Positions 48,483-58,096 of a stretch of DNA of 64,000 bases are shown here, piece after piece; position 1 is the first letter of the stretch, and every line of letters begins with the position of its first letter. This DNA is from a virus. The position numbers were made by a program, and so were the translations under genes. The stretch covers positions 84,198-148,197 of the IMG/VR virus record IMGVR_UViG_3300033145_000529. One strand, given 5' to 3'. The notes beneath the pieces were generated by a model that was not told the origin of the DNA, ran no database searches, and was given only the letters and a program-made list of their open reading frames with translations.

Positions 48483-49562
48483 CTAACTATTTTTTATCCC
48501 TAAATCATATATTAAACATTTGCGACAACCGTTACAATCTATTTCTGCGAGACTTCTCTTTCTATATTTATCAAGCAATGGGTGATTCCAAATGTCTTTA
48601 ACAAAATCATTACAATTCAAGACATCTAATCCTTCAGACCACTCCCCAACACCTTCGGCAAAGCTACAGGGGAAATATTTTCCGTCTACGTTGATATAGC
48701 CAGAAAATAAACCAAATGACTCACAGGATTCTGACATAGTTTTGTATGTCTCAAAGTTTTTATCACCTTCAACTGCCTTCAGAAAAGCTGGTGCAGAACA
48801 ACTATCAAACCCAAACTTGCCACCAGTTTCCATTGCAGTTCCAATTAAATCCTTGAACCTTTTCATCGAATCGAGTTGATTCAAGTGATTCCTTTTACCT
48901 TTTGGTTTTAACCACAAGAATACTACTGCGTTCAAGCCTGCAAGTCGTGAGTCTATTACTTTGTCAAGGAGTGTAGTATAACAATCCATAAAAGTTTCTT
49001 TTGAAAGGAGAGAGTGTATATTTACCTGCTTCATTCCCTTATCTGAAAGCTCCTTAACAGCATTATAACAGGTATCTTTATCATACTTACTAACCGCAAC
49101 AGCTCCACACAGCTCCACTAACTTATCATACAAATCAGATGTCATTCGCTCACCGTTTATGGTAATATTTGGAATAACATTACTTTTTCTACAATACTCC
49201 ATCATCTTCCATAAGTTAGGATTACTGTCAATATCACCTATTCCGAATGCTACTTGTGTCAAGGTCGGTGGCATTTTGTCCAAAATAACCTTGAATGTCT
49301 CAAAGGACATGTTCTTACCCTTGTATGTACCATTACTTTTGTAGCACCAGGGGCACGCTCTAGAACAAATGGTACTTACCTCTATGTCCAATATCTCATT
49401 ACCGAATGGCGAATATTCGGGGTCATCTTTCTTGTTCTTCCCCCACCTAGCAAAGAAACCAGTATTCTTATCAAAATAAGAATTAAAATTTTCGGAACGA
49501 ACTATTTTTTCATCTACAGTATCAGTTACTAGCAACTCTTTTGCACCACCTAATGAACACAT
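48483..49562 (-). CDS. Radical SAM enzyme with C-terminal SPASM/Twitch-like extension
   Basis: CSRACPWCYK (CxxxCxxC); C-terminal SCES..YINVDGKYFPCSF..CRKC. Confidence 0.9.
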   Translation of the reverse strand: MCSLGGAKELLVTDTVDEKIVRSENFNSYFDKNTGFFARWGKNKKDDPEYSPFGNEILDIEVSTICSRACPWCYKSNGTYKGKNMSFETFKVILDKMPPTLTQVAFGIGDIDSNPNLWKMMEYCRKSNVIPNITINGERMTSDLYDKLVELCGAVAVSKYDKDTCYNAVKELSDKGMKQVNIHSLLSKETFMDCYTTLLDKVIDSRLAGLNAVVFLWLKPKGKRNHLNQLDSMKRFKDLIGTAMETGGKFGFDSCSAPAFLKAVEGDKNFETYKTMSESCESFGLFSGYINVDGKYFPCSFAEGVGEWSEGLDVLNCNDFVKDIWNHPLLDKYRKRSLAEIDCNGCRKCLIYDLGIKNS

Positions 49563-49773
49563 CTTCTGTCATCCCCCATTTCATTCTGTTTATATCTCTA
49601 TGTACCCACTGAACATTGCCGATAATGTAACCTTTATTTGTTAATAATAGTCTTTCATTTCCGCAATCACAACTACAAAGCCAAACAGGTTGTTTATGTT
49701 TATTAGTCGTCTTATCTATAACTAACCAACGACCAAATCTTTTATTTAATAAATCCAATCCATAACTATTCAT
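49522..49773 (-). pseudogene. Internally deleted HNH-type homing endonuclease
   Basis: RFGRWLV..WLCSCDCGN joined directly to KGYIIGNVQWVHRDINRMK. Confidence 0.7.
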
Positions 49774-49780
49774 TATCCTT

Positions 49781-49809
49781 ATTATAGCATATGCCGTAAG
49801 TAATGTCAA
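49781..49809 (-). promoter_or_regulatory. Sigma70-type promoter heading the radical SAM operon
   Basis: TTGACA-N17-TATAAT with TATG on the - strand. Confidence 0.85.
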
Positions 49810-49811
49810 GC

Positions 49812-50450
49812 CTAATCTTTAGCTTCGTCATCTTTGAAGAAGGAGAGAAATTCATTGCCAGAAGGAAGATTGTTTAGCTCGAATATTTTCGCAAGCTTTA
49901 CAGGATAGTAGTTTTGCCTTGATTTGATTATATCCTGTCCATTTAGTTCAATGCTTTCATTACGTTTTTCAAATATACTAAATCTTTCATCGCTTTGGAG
50001 TGGTTCTTTATTAAATCCTTTATAGACTTCAAAGGTATTCTTATCCAAGTCAATAACATATACCCACTCACAAAATAATGAGTCACCAGCAAACTCTAAT
50101 TGATTGATTAACCTTATTGGTTTGTCGGAATTTTGGATAATAGAGAGTATTTTTGCTCCCGTGTCACGGTTATTTTCTGGATGTTTTGCAGCGTGCCATT
50201 TAGCAATATCCATTGATACCAAATCTAAGTCTTTACTAGCACCACATTCTACCCATTGGGTTTTGTAGTCCTCATCAGTTATCCATGTCAAGGTTTTAAC
50301 TTTGGAGGTAAAAGCTTGTCTGTCCATCTCATTTGCCAAAAAGTTAAGTATGTCTAAGCCCTGACCGTCAGGATAACCATCCCACTGCCCATATTGAGCA
50401 ACCTTGTATTCACCATCTTTTACTACACAGATTAAATGCCTCGTTCCCAC
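49812..50450 (-). CDS. Hypothetical protein with DGYP motif
   Basis: MGTRHLI..QYGQWDGYPDGQG..CEWVYVIDLD. Confidence 0.75.
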   Translation of the reverse strand: MGTRHLICVVKDGEYKVAQYGQWDGYPDGQGLDILNFLANEMDRQAFTSKVKTLTWITDEDYKTQWVECGASKDLDLVSMDIAKWHAAKHPENNRDTGAKILSIIQNSDKPIRLINQLEFAGDSLFCEWVYVIDLDKNTFEVYKGFNKEPLQSDERFSIFEKRNESIELNGQDIIKSRQNYYPVKLAKIFELNNLPSGNEFLSFFKDDEAKD

Positions 50451-50513
50451 TTTAACCTCCCATATTTCAAATATCCAAAAAATGTTGAAACCAAATTTTC
50501 AAACTTGCCTCCT

Positions 50514-51245
50514 TCATCTAAAGCAATAGAACCTTTGCTTACAATTTTTACACTTATCAGAACTTCCCCACCACCTCTGACAAGCTCTTTTCCTTTGCTC
50601 CAACTCAATTAAAATTGGTTGAAGATGTTCACTAAATTCAACAGGTGCATCAACAAGTCGTAACTGTTTATCTATATGTTTAATGCTTAATGCTTCCTTT
50701 ACCGTTTTCTCAATTTCATCCCTAATCAGTCTGCCCCGTTCAGTACCCGTACCTCCAGAATGTGCAATTGCCGCTGGATGGTATGTTACAATCACACTAT
50801 ACTTCTGTCGCCAAGTAAATTTAGTTCCTACAATATCTTTCATCGCAACCTTTGTATCACCACCCAAAGCAACGTAAGGTATCTTACCCATACAAACAAT
50901 GATTACTGGTTGAAGTGCCTCTACCTCAGCGTACAAGCGGTCATTACAGCATCGTATTTCTACATCAGTTGGTGTGCGGTTGTATGTTTTCCCATCCACT
51001 ACTTTAGTTGGTCTGCACGTAACAACATTTATATAGTTTCCATCTTCCCGTTTTGCACCTAAAGATTCAACGATTCGATTAAAGTCTTGACCTGCCACTC
51101 CAACCAAAGGTCTACCTTCTTGTGCTTCATGGTATCCAGGAGCCTCTGCTAAAAACAATACCTTTGAGTCGTGTAATTCAGACGGTACATAAACATTATT
51201 TTTTAGTGGGCACTCTTCACATTTACCTGATGTAGCTTTTATCAT
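50514..51245 (-). CDS. Uracil-DNA glycosylase family 4 with appended CxxCxxRFxC module
   Basis: CEECPL, AEAPGYHE..GRPLVGVAG, NVVTCRP..NRTP, TYHPAA; tail ACQRWWGSSDKCKNCKQRFYCFR. Confidence 0.9.
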   Translation of the reverse strand: MIKATSGKCEECPLKNNVYVPSELHDSKVLFLAEAPGYHEAQEGRPLVGVAGQDFNRIVESLGAKREDGNYINVVTCRPTKVVDGKTYNRTPTDVEIRCCNDRLYAEVEALQPVIIVCMGKIPYVALGGDTKVAMKDIVGTKFTWRQKYSVIVTYHPAAIAHSGGTGTERGRLIRDEIEKTVKEALSIKHIDKQLRLVDAPVEFSEHLQPILIELEQRKRACQRWWGSSDKCKNCKQRFYCFR

Positions 51246-51904
51246 CGTTTATGCAACTCCCGCATTTTATTATATCCATCTTTTTTCTCTCTTATAAAGG
51301 CATCTACTCCTGTGAGAGCATCAGTCAGGGCTAGTTCTAACCAGAGTTTGTGAGATAGAAGTGCTGTTTTGCACTCCAGTTTTGTCTTTAGTTCGGGAGC
51401 TTCGGGAATATCAAAGCCGTAGTAATCCTTGAAATTCTTTACCCCTTTCACCCTTAATAATTTAGTTCCACAACGTGGACAATAAGACCACCAAACTCTA
51501 TCCTCTTCGTAGTTTAAGTAAGTCATTTTATTACCTCTTTGTCAGGTAGTGGACACCACTCAGGTATCTTCGCATCTCTAAAACTTAGATATTCATCCTC
51601 AATTAACTTACCTGCTCCTCGACAGAAATTCAGAGATATTGTATTGTCAAATGGTCTATTATAGTTGGGGCAAGCATAACAGCTGATTATTTCCTGGTGA
51701 TAGATTTTCATTTTATGTCACCTCTTTACTCCCATTACTTTATCTATATCATCTTCCAATTTCAACCTTTTCATCTCGTCAAGTTCAGGTTTGTCGCAGA
51801 TGGGACAAGCAATCCATATACTCCTTTTGTCTTTGTCCCAAAGCTCCAATAACTTACCTCCACAGTGCGGACAATTCATTTCCTTTCACCTCCTCTTTGT
51901 TTTC

Positions 51905-52243
51905 TCCCTGAGAGGCTGGTGTAACGTCCCCATTAAGAGGAATTATCGTGCAGCCTCTCACCCCACAAGGTTCTTGCCTGAGCCTACTTGGCAGGGTCTA
52001 GTTAACTAGAATATCAATGCCTTTCAGCTCAGGTTTGCCAGCTAGTGTCGGCTAGATTGATACTATCGCTCCCTTGTAGACCTATTACCCTCCCCTGTCG
52101 GGGTAGCTGGCTTGCTGGCTGTTCCCACACACTTCGTGACCAGCGTGCTATGCCTAGACCTGTATCACTCGCCCCTATGGTGACTACGTTAGTTCGTCAA
52201 AGGGACACCAGCATATTCAGTTCTTCAGCTAGGTAACTGGTAC
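51905..52243 (-). ncRNA. Putative long structured RNA or leader
   Basis: GC-richer, largely ORF-free stretch with several stems (GCCAGCTA/TAGCTGGC, CCTGAGC/GCTCAGG, TGAGAGGCTG/CAGCCTCTCA). Confidence 0.55.
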
Positions 52244-52631
52244 TTAGGATACTTCTTTAGGATTTTACCACAATCATCACACACTTCTACATCATTACCA
52301 TAATGCCCTGGTGTCCATGTAAAAGCAGACCTATGGTGCTTGTTATGATGGCACGACTTTTGCAACTGCTCAATTTCTACCTTGTGTCTTTCTCTCATTT
52401 GTTCTATATTCTCTTTCATAACAACTCCTTTGTATCTCTGGTCTTTCTGTCATTTCTTATCCTCATTTTTACTTCTCTGTTCTGCACAATATGCCTGATA
52501 GAGTAACATCATGGATGCAAGTTCATCTCTTCCTGTTCCTTTTCCAATACCAATTACGATGTGACCCCAACAATAATTGATAATCTCTTGAAAGTTCATA
52601 CCCTCAAACACGTCACCATAGTAATGTTTCT

Positions 52632-53009
52632 TCATACCTTCACCCTCATTACAAGTTTAGTTTCAGTTTCGCCAGAAGGAGTAGTGCGTTGCTGTTCTTC
52701 AATTTCATAGGGTATTTTCCCCTCACTAAACATATATTTTGCCACGCTCCTTAAATCTTTTATCTTATATCGTTTTATAGTATCTTGCGGAATTTGTATT
52801 TCGTTCCGTTCTGATAAACATAAAAACCTCAGTCTACAACCATCGCACAGTGATTTTCGCCTACCCCTGCAATCAAACCCATTAAATTCTTGATTACCCT
52901 CAAGTTTGATAGTAACTCCCGTTGACATTACCTTTTCACCACAATAAGTATTATTAATAAGGTTATTAACATAGACACAAAAAAAGTCATTAAAGTTCCC
53001 CATCTCCAA
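52632..53009 (-). CDS. Hypothetical protein with CxxCxxRFxC module (start probably 52928)
   Basis: DCRGRRKSLCDGCRLRFLCLS. Confidence 0.65.
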   Translation of the reverse strand: MEMGNFNDFFCVYVNNLINNTYCGEKVMSTGVTIKLEGNQEFNGFDCRGRRKSLCDGCRLRFLCLSERNEIQIPQDTIKRYKIKDLRSVAKYMFSEGKIPYEIEEQQRTTPSGETETKLVMRVKV

Positions 53010-53042
53010 AACCGTGATAAAATGATAAATTTTGAGCGTAGA

Positions 53043-53885
53043 TTATGTAATCTCCTCTTTTTCATCCTCTGGAGATTTTCTACCGAGCACTTTGCTTAGA
53101 TAGATTTTTCTATAACGATAATAGGTTGCTTGACCTTCACCAGTCTCCGCAATCCATTGTTTTAACCTCTCACCATCCCTCTTATAATTCTTGAACAATC
53201 TTTGGATAGTGAGCAGCCTATGGTCTAGTTCTAACTCAGTCATAATTTCAGCTTCCCAATCAAGATTGGATTTTTTACTCTCAACAGCTTTAACGTATGT
53301 TCTCAATGTTAGTGCTCTGGAAAGCGGAGCATATCCTCTTATGAAATTTATAACCTCTTTATCCTCTGCCCATTTGCCAATATTAAGATAGTTAAAGATT
53401 TCTGAGTCTGGGGGTTCAAAATTGATTGTATGTCCTCTTGACATTATTGCTCTAATGTTCTCATCGGAAGGTATGAGAGTATTGATAAGCATAATTACTT
53501 TAGCTTTTGAGGTTATCTCTTTAGGCAACCCTTTGAGGAGCGGAGTTGTTGACATATATTTAATTATTTTCTCTTTCCTAGTATCACAAAGTAATTTTAA
53601 CATCGTCTTTAATTTGCTGTTTTGAAACATCATTTCCGCCTCATCAATAACAATAAGGCAATCACTTTCCTCTGCCGTCCTCTCTGCTAAAGCTTGGTAA
53701 AAGGAAAGAGGTGTAACATGAGAATTAAAAACAAGTGGGGCTTCTATTTCTAGTTCTTCCTCAACTAGGGAAGTTTTACCCAACCCTGCTCTTGATACAA
53801 TTATAAGCAAACCTATATGCTTTCGTCTAAAAGCTCTAACATACCTTCCTAAGTCATCATAGGTTTTAATTATCAAATAAGACAT
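53043..53885 (-). CDS. P-loop AAA-like ATPase
   Basis: SRAGLGKTS, LIVIDE, AIMSR. Confidence 0.75.
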   Translation of the reverse strand: MSYLIIKTYDDLGRYVRAFRRKHIGLLIIVSRAGLGKTSLVEEELEIEAPLVFNSHVTPLSFYQALAERTAEESDCLIVIDEAEMMFQNSKLKTMLKLLCDTRKEKIIKYMSTTPLLKGLPKEITSKAKVIMLINTLIPSDENIRAIMSRGHTINFEPPDSEIFNYLNIGKWAEDKEVINFIRGYAPLSRALTLRTYVKAVESKKSNLDWEAEIMTELELDHRLLTIQRLFKNYKRDGERLKQWIAETGEGQATYYRYRKIYLSKVLGRKSPEDEKEEIT

Positions 53886-53933
53886 TCACTTCCTCTTGGT
53901 GAAAAATACTTCTCGATTTCCCATGACATCTCT

Positions 53934-54437
53934 TCATTTTTTTACTTCCACCGTAACAATCGTATCTTGGTGAATTCCGCCATGTGGAACAAGCAATATT
54001 CTTGTTATTTCAAATCCCAAAACCTTTCCTATTCCACCGCTGTTCCAACCGAATGAAATTACCTTGCCACCTGGTTTCACAACCCTTGCAATTTCTTTCT
54101 TTATATCAGACCAAAAGTTTGCTCTAGTTGTTGCTTGTGTTACAGGATAACCCACCTGTTTATAGCACTCAGATACTTGTCTTACACTGTAGGGAGGGTC
54201 ATAGAGAATACCATCAGCAGTTTTGTCAGCAAACATTTTTAAGAACTCCACTGCATCCATATTACAATCCGCTTTGATTGTCGGGTTCAAATCATTTGTG
54301 ATGAGTGCGGGACTATTCTCTCCACAGAGTGGATCTACCCATAAACCATCACCAACTTCTTCTTTTAGAAGTTCTGCAATGGGTTTCATCTTAAATGTTT
54401 CTTTATTTGGCATACTCCACACACGTTCAATTCTCAT
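53934..54437 (-). CDS. Adenine-specific DNA methyltransferase-like protein
   Basis: VDPLCG, TNDLNP, YDPPYS, KPGGKVISFGWNS. Confidence 0.85.
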   Translation of the reverse strand: MRIERVWSMPNKETFKMKPIAELLKEEVGDGLWVDPLCGENSPALITNDLNPTIKADCNMDAVEFLKMFADKTADGILYDPPYSVRQVSECYKQVGYPVTQATTRANFWSDIKKEIARVVKPGGKVISFGWNSGGIGKVLGFEITRILLVPHGGIHQDTIVTVEVKK

Positions 54438-54904
54438 CTATCTTTAAACTCCATTTATACCCTCCTGCCGTTTGGCACTTACCATTACAAGCATTATAAA
54501 TAGTACCACTATTGATGCCAGTAAATTTGCTTGCTTGTGATATTGAAGGATAGATAATGAGAGTACCGTCAAGATAATGTTGATTTACTGGCACTTTTTT
54601 AAGCCTTTACTAGAATTCTCAGAAATTGGTATCCACTGGCAAGGTGTCGCATTTTATCCACCCCACTAGAACCTCTAAGGAAATTTTCTTTTCACATTCT
54701 CACCTATTCAAGTCTTAGTATCTAACATAATCTAACATAAAGGTGCGTTGAAGCACATTACTTCAAAGCGTAATCCAAATTTGTATATAACTCATTTTCT
54801 ACTTGCGTTGAGGGACATTCCCCAATACGTTAATAAATATATCCCATTACAAAATTTTCTTTATCAGACCATAGATTATTCCTCCTTATATCCCATCCTC
54901 TATA

Positions 54905-54933
54905 ATTATACCATAAGCCAGAATAAATGTCAA
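54905..54933 (-). promoter_or_regulatory. Sigma70-type promoter with extended -10
   Basis: TTGACA-N17-TATAAT with TATG on the - strand. Confidence 0.85.
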
Positions 54934-55394
54934 GCCCTTTTTGTGGCTAATTTTATCGTCTTTATCACTTTCCAAGTCGCACAGTTCTCATCGTGAGGTA
55001 CTTCGTATACTTCTAACTTATCAGGATGAACAGCGTAAAAGTATTCAATATCACCATGAAAGCCTGTACTGATGCCATATCCTAAAGTTCCTGTAAATTT
55101 TGGTTTTTCTGTCACTACCACATCAGTATTCCATTCTGTCTCAATGTCATCCACCATCTTATCATACTTGTTACACAGATATTGAAGTAATCTAGCAGAA
55201 CAATACTCACAGTCTCCAAGTCCTCTCCCCCTGCTCCACCAAAGTAGGAAAGGAACAATATCTGGAAGAACACCATACTCCAATCCGTTCATTGTGCCAG
55301 GATACCCGTCAGAATGACGATATAAAAGTTGAGACCAATTATTAAGATTTGTTTCTTTTTCCTCATAGAAGGCGATTTGGGCACGGATTGACAT
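54930..55394 (-). CDS. Hypothetical protein with DGYP motif
   Basis: MSIRAQI..LYRHSDGYP..HGDIEYFY. Confidence 0.7.
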   Translation of the reverse strand: MSIRAQIAFYEEKETNLNNWSQLLYRHSDGYPGTMNGLEYGVLPDIVPFLLWWSRGRGLGDCEYCSARLLQYLCNKYDKMVDDIETEWNTDVVVTEKPKFTGTLGYGISTGFHGDIEYFYAVHPDKLEVYEVPHDENCATWKVIKTIKLATKRA

Positions 55395-55598
55395 TATTTT
55401 TTTCCTCCACGTAAGTCTTCTTTTTTGCAATTCTCTTTTAATGGTATCCATTGACAATTACTTGGTTCATAATCACCATCATTTATATGCTTTGTTTGTT
55501 ATTTCAAAACATCGTCTTCTCATATTATCCCAAGTAAAACGAAGTCTTGTGTTGCTCCTTCCACCTATCCAACTTGGATTAGATTTACCATATTTACC

Positions 55599-56159
55599 TC
55601 AATAATGTACGTCAGCAGGTACACAAAATATACTCTTATCCCGCAATTCGGGGTCTGGTTTACCTTCGTGATTACAAGCCCACCTACTCAAAACGTGGTT
55701 TAGGTGTTCATTATCCCTTATTCCCTCACCATCTTGGTCATAAAGAGAGACACAAGGTCCTTTGTATTGCCCAATCTGATAACAACGGAACATAAAACTA
55801 TGGTCTTCAAAAAGCTGGTCATCATTATGCGTGGCAAGGAGTTTCTTCATAGGAGCAAGATTTTCAAGGAACTCTTGTTTAGTTTTCTGCATGGCTTCCT
55901 CTATCATGGAGTTCGTCTGAATGGTATAGCACTTAAAACGTTCAGAACACTTGTCACACTTGTCTGACCCCAAATCAGCACAAACCTTTACTGCTGGTGG
56001 CATTTCACCCCAACGTTCCAAAGCATGTTTATCATTGAATGTGCTAAAATAATCAAAAGGTTCACCCTCTCCACACAACCTATCCAAGACATAGTGAGCC
56101 TCACTTACTGCATCTTCCTCATCCTCTGCAAAAACTAATATTTTGACAATCATGTGCAT
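55599..56159 (-). CDS. Hypothetical protein with internal CxxCxxRFxCxT module
   Basis: VCADLGSDKCDKCSERFKCYT; ends VPADVHY. Confidence 0.75.
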   Translation of the reverse strand: MHMIVKILVFAEDEEDAVSEAHYVLDRLCGEGEPFDYFSTFNDKHALERWGEMPPAVKVCADLGSDKCDKCSERFKCYTIQTNSMIEEAMQKTKQEFLENLAPMKKLLATHNDDQLFEDHSFMFRCYQIGQYKGPCVSLYDQDGEGIRDNEHLNHVLSRWACNHEGKPDPELRDKSIFCVPADVHY

Positions 56160-56302
56160 TTTATTTCAGCCTCAATTTTTTCTTTTAGCTTCAACCATTT
56201 TTCTACAAATTCTGGTTTTATTTTTCTTTCATACATCTCAACCTTGTGATGGCATTTACCACAGAGCTAGACTCCTTCTTCTTCACTCTTTTTCGTAGGC
56301 AT

Positions 56303-56551
56303 TTAAACGACCTCCACATACTCCATCATAAGTTGCAAGGCTTCATCATAACTCTTACATTCATGTAATCGAGTTTGAAATTCTTCTACCAAGTAACAAA
56401 CCCCATCCCGTTCAGTGTAACATTTGAACTTGTGGTGGCAATCTTCACATCTTTCTTCGCTATGTTCAGCCCTTTTAAGAGTTCTAGTTACTATCCCAGC
56501 GAGATTGAAGACGTTGCCATCTTCTTCTGTTAGCTTACACTCTGGTTTCAT
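56303..56551 (-). CDS. Small DGNxFxL-type protein with inserted CxxCxxKFxCxT module
   Basis: EDGNVFNLAG..AEHSEERCEDCHHKFKCYT..SYDEALQLMMEYV. Confidence 0.75.
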   Translation of the reverse strand: MKPECKLTEEDGNVFNLAGIVTRTLKRAEHSEERCEDCHHKFKCYTERDGVCYLVEEFQTRLHECKSYDEALQLMMEYVEVV

Positions 56552-56737
56552 TTCAATAATTACCTACTAGCTTTTTTGGTATAAGATATTTCTCAGCAAT
56601 TTCGTGCATTTCTTTTGCAGTAAATACATCCCAGTAAATACATCCCATTTGACCCTATTACATTTGTGACAAGCTATCACTATATTTCGTATAGAGTAGC
56701 CACTGTCCCTTCACAAATTTCCCTAATTTGTCTCTGT

Positions 56738-57250
56738 TCATTTCTTCCAAGCTAAACTGTCCTTCTTGTGGATATGTATTATTCTCGCTTTATGCCAGGA
56801 CCTAGTTTCCATCAATATTCTTTTCACCAAAATAGTATTTTTAATTGAGGGAGTCGCCAAACAATGGTACATGACGACAAATTTTCCCTCTTTACAAACA
56901 CGGACGGCTTCTGCGGTATATGTTCTGAACCTAAGTTTACCATATTTCTTGGTATCATAGAGCCGTTCAGCATATTCCTCGCTATAAGGTGGGTCTAGTA
57001 TGACCAAATCAAATGTGTTGTCCTCAAATGGTAAATCGTGAGCATCACCCACAAAATCGGGGTTGACCTCTGGGTCTATGTCTACTCGTAACCCGAACTC
57101 CGCTTGCCCTCCAAATGGATGTAATATCTTATGTATGGCAGGGTCTATATTTAATTCCTTTAAGAGCTTTTGCTCGAAGTGGAGAGGAAATGACCCTATG
57201 TATTTACTTTTATTTGGGCGTGGTAAAACCCACGCCAGTGTTTCTATCAT
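56738..57250 (-). CDS. DNA methyltransferase-like protein
   Basis: YIGSFP, LHPFGG, GDAHDLPF..FDLVILDPPYS. Confidence 0.8.
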   Translation of the reverse strand: MIETLAWVLPRPNKSKYIGSFPLHFEQKLLKELNIDPAIHKILHPFGGQAEFGLRVDIDPEVNPDFVGDAHDLPFEDNTFDLVILDPPYSEEYAERLYDTKKYGKLRFRTYTAEAVRVCKEGKFVVMYHCLATPSIKNTILVKRILMETRSWHKARIIHIHKKDSLAWKK

Positions 57251-57477
57251 TTCAAAACTCCTAACAACCGTTTATAGCTATACCTCTTGTCCCTTTCAAA
57301 TTTGAGGGAATAGTCAAAATTTCTCTCAGTGAGGCATTGAAATCTATGATTACATTTGTTACACTTACTAATCTTACCTCTAAATTTACAGAGGCTTTTT
57401 GGTTTGTACCCTGGTGCTGTTGGTGGCATTGGTGGCATCTCATCGCTCCATCCCACTATAAATCTCCAAACATTCAA
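57247..57477 (-). CDS. Small protein with CxxCxxRFxCxT module
   Basis: LCKFRGKISKCNKCNHRFQCLT. Confidence 0.65.
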   Translation of the reverse strand: MNVWRFIVGWSDEMPPMPPTAPGYKPKSLCKFRGKISKCNKCNHRFQCLTERNFDYSLKFERDKRYSYKRLLGVLK

Positions 57478-58096
57478 GACATACCCTATCTTTTTCTTCC
57501 TTACGTAATGTGGAATCTATTGTTCCCAAGCGAGTTATAAAGGTAATTCTATCGTGCTTGTTCTCAAGTGTATGGTCAAGAACTCTGCCGCACAGTCCCA
57601 CATAATACATTTTATCTTCTGTCATACAGGATGTATTATTACGCAGGATGTGAATTACCCAATGAGGGTCTGGCAAAGCATTGTCATCTTCATCTACCAA
57701 CACTCCACCATAGATTTCATCTTCTCCATGGAGTGTAATGTGGTCACCGAGACAAGCAATATCTTTGCCGTTGCGTATTACGATAAGCTTGGTGTGTTCA
57801 TATCCACACCGACCACACATATGACATTCAATTTCTACTTCATCGCTAGTCTCTAGTTTGAGACGGTAACCTTTTATAGTAACTATCGCACTCATTTCTT
57901 AAACCCCATTGGTTGTTTCTTAAATCCTATCAGTTGTTTTTTTTTAGGTGCTTACCTTTGTGTAGAAGTGGTGCTCCACAATCAGGACAGAAACCATTCT
58001 TCTTGGCAACCTCTCTTGCTTTCATCGCACCTTTGGAGAACCAGAACATCATTCCCCAACTGATTATCAAAGCTGTAAAGCTTGCTGTGCCAAATA

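Noticed and set aside
51905-52243. Assignment as HEARO/omega RNA, raiA RNA, tmRNA or a cobalamin riboswitch
   Set aside because: Only short coincidental matches were seen (for example GACTACGTT); the hallmark motifs and an adjacent IscB/TnpB gene are absent.
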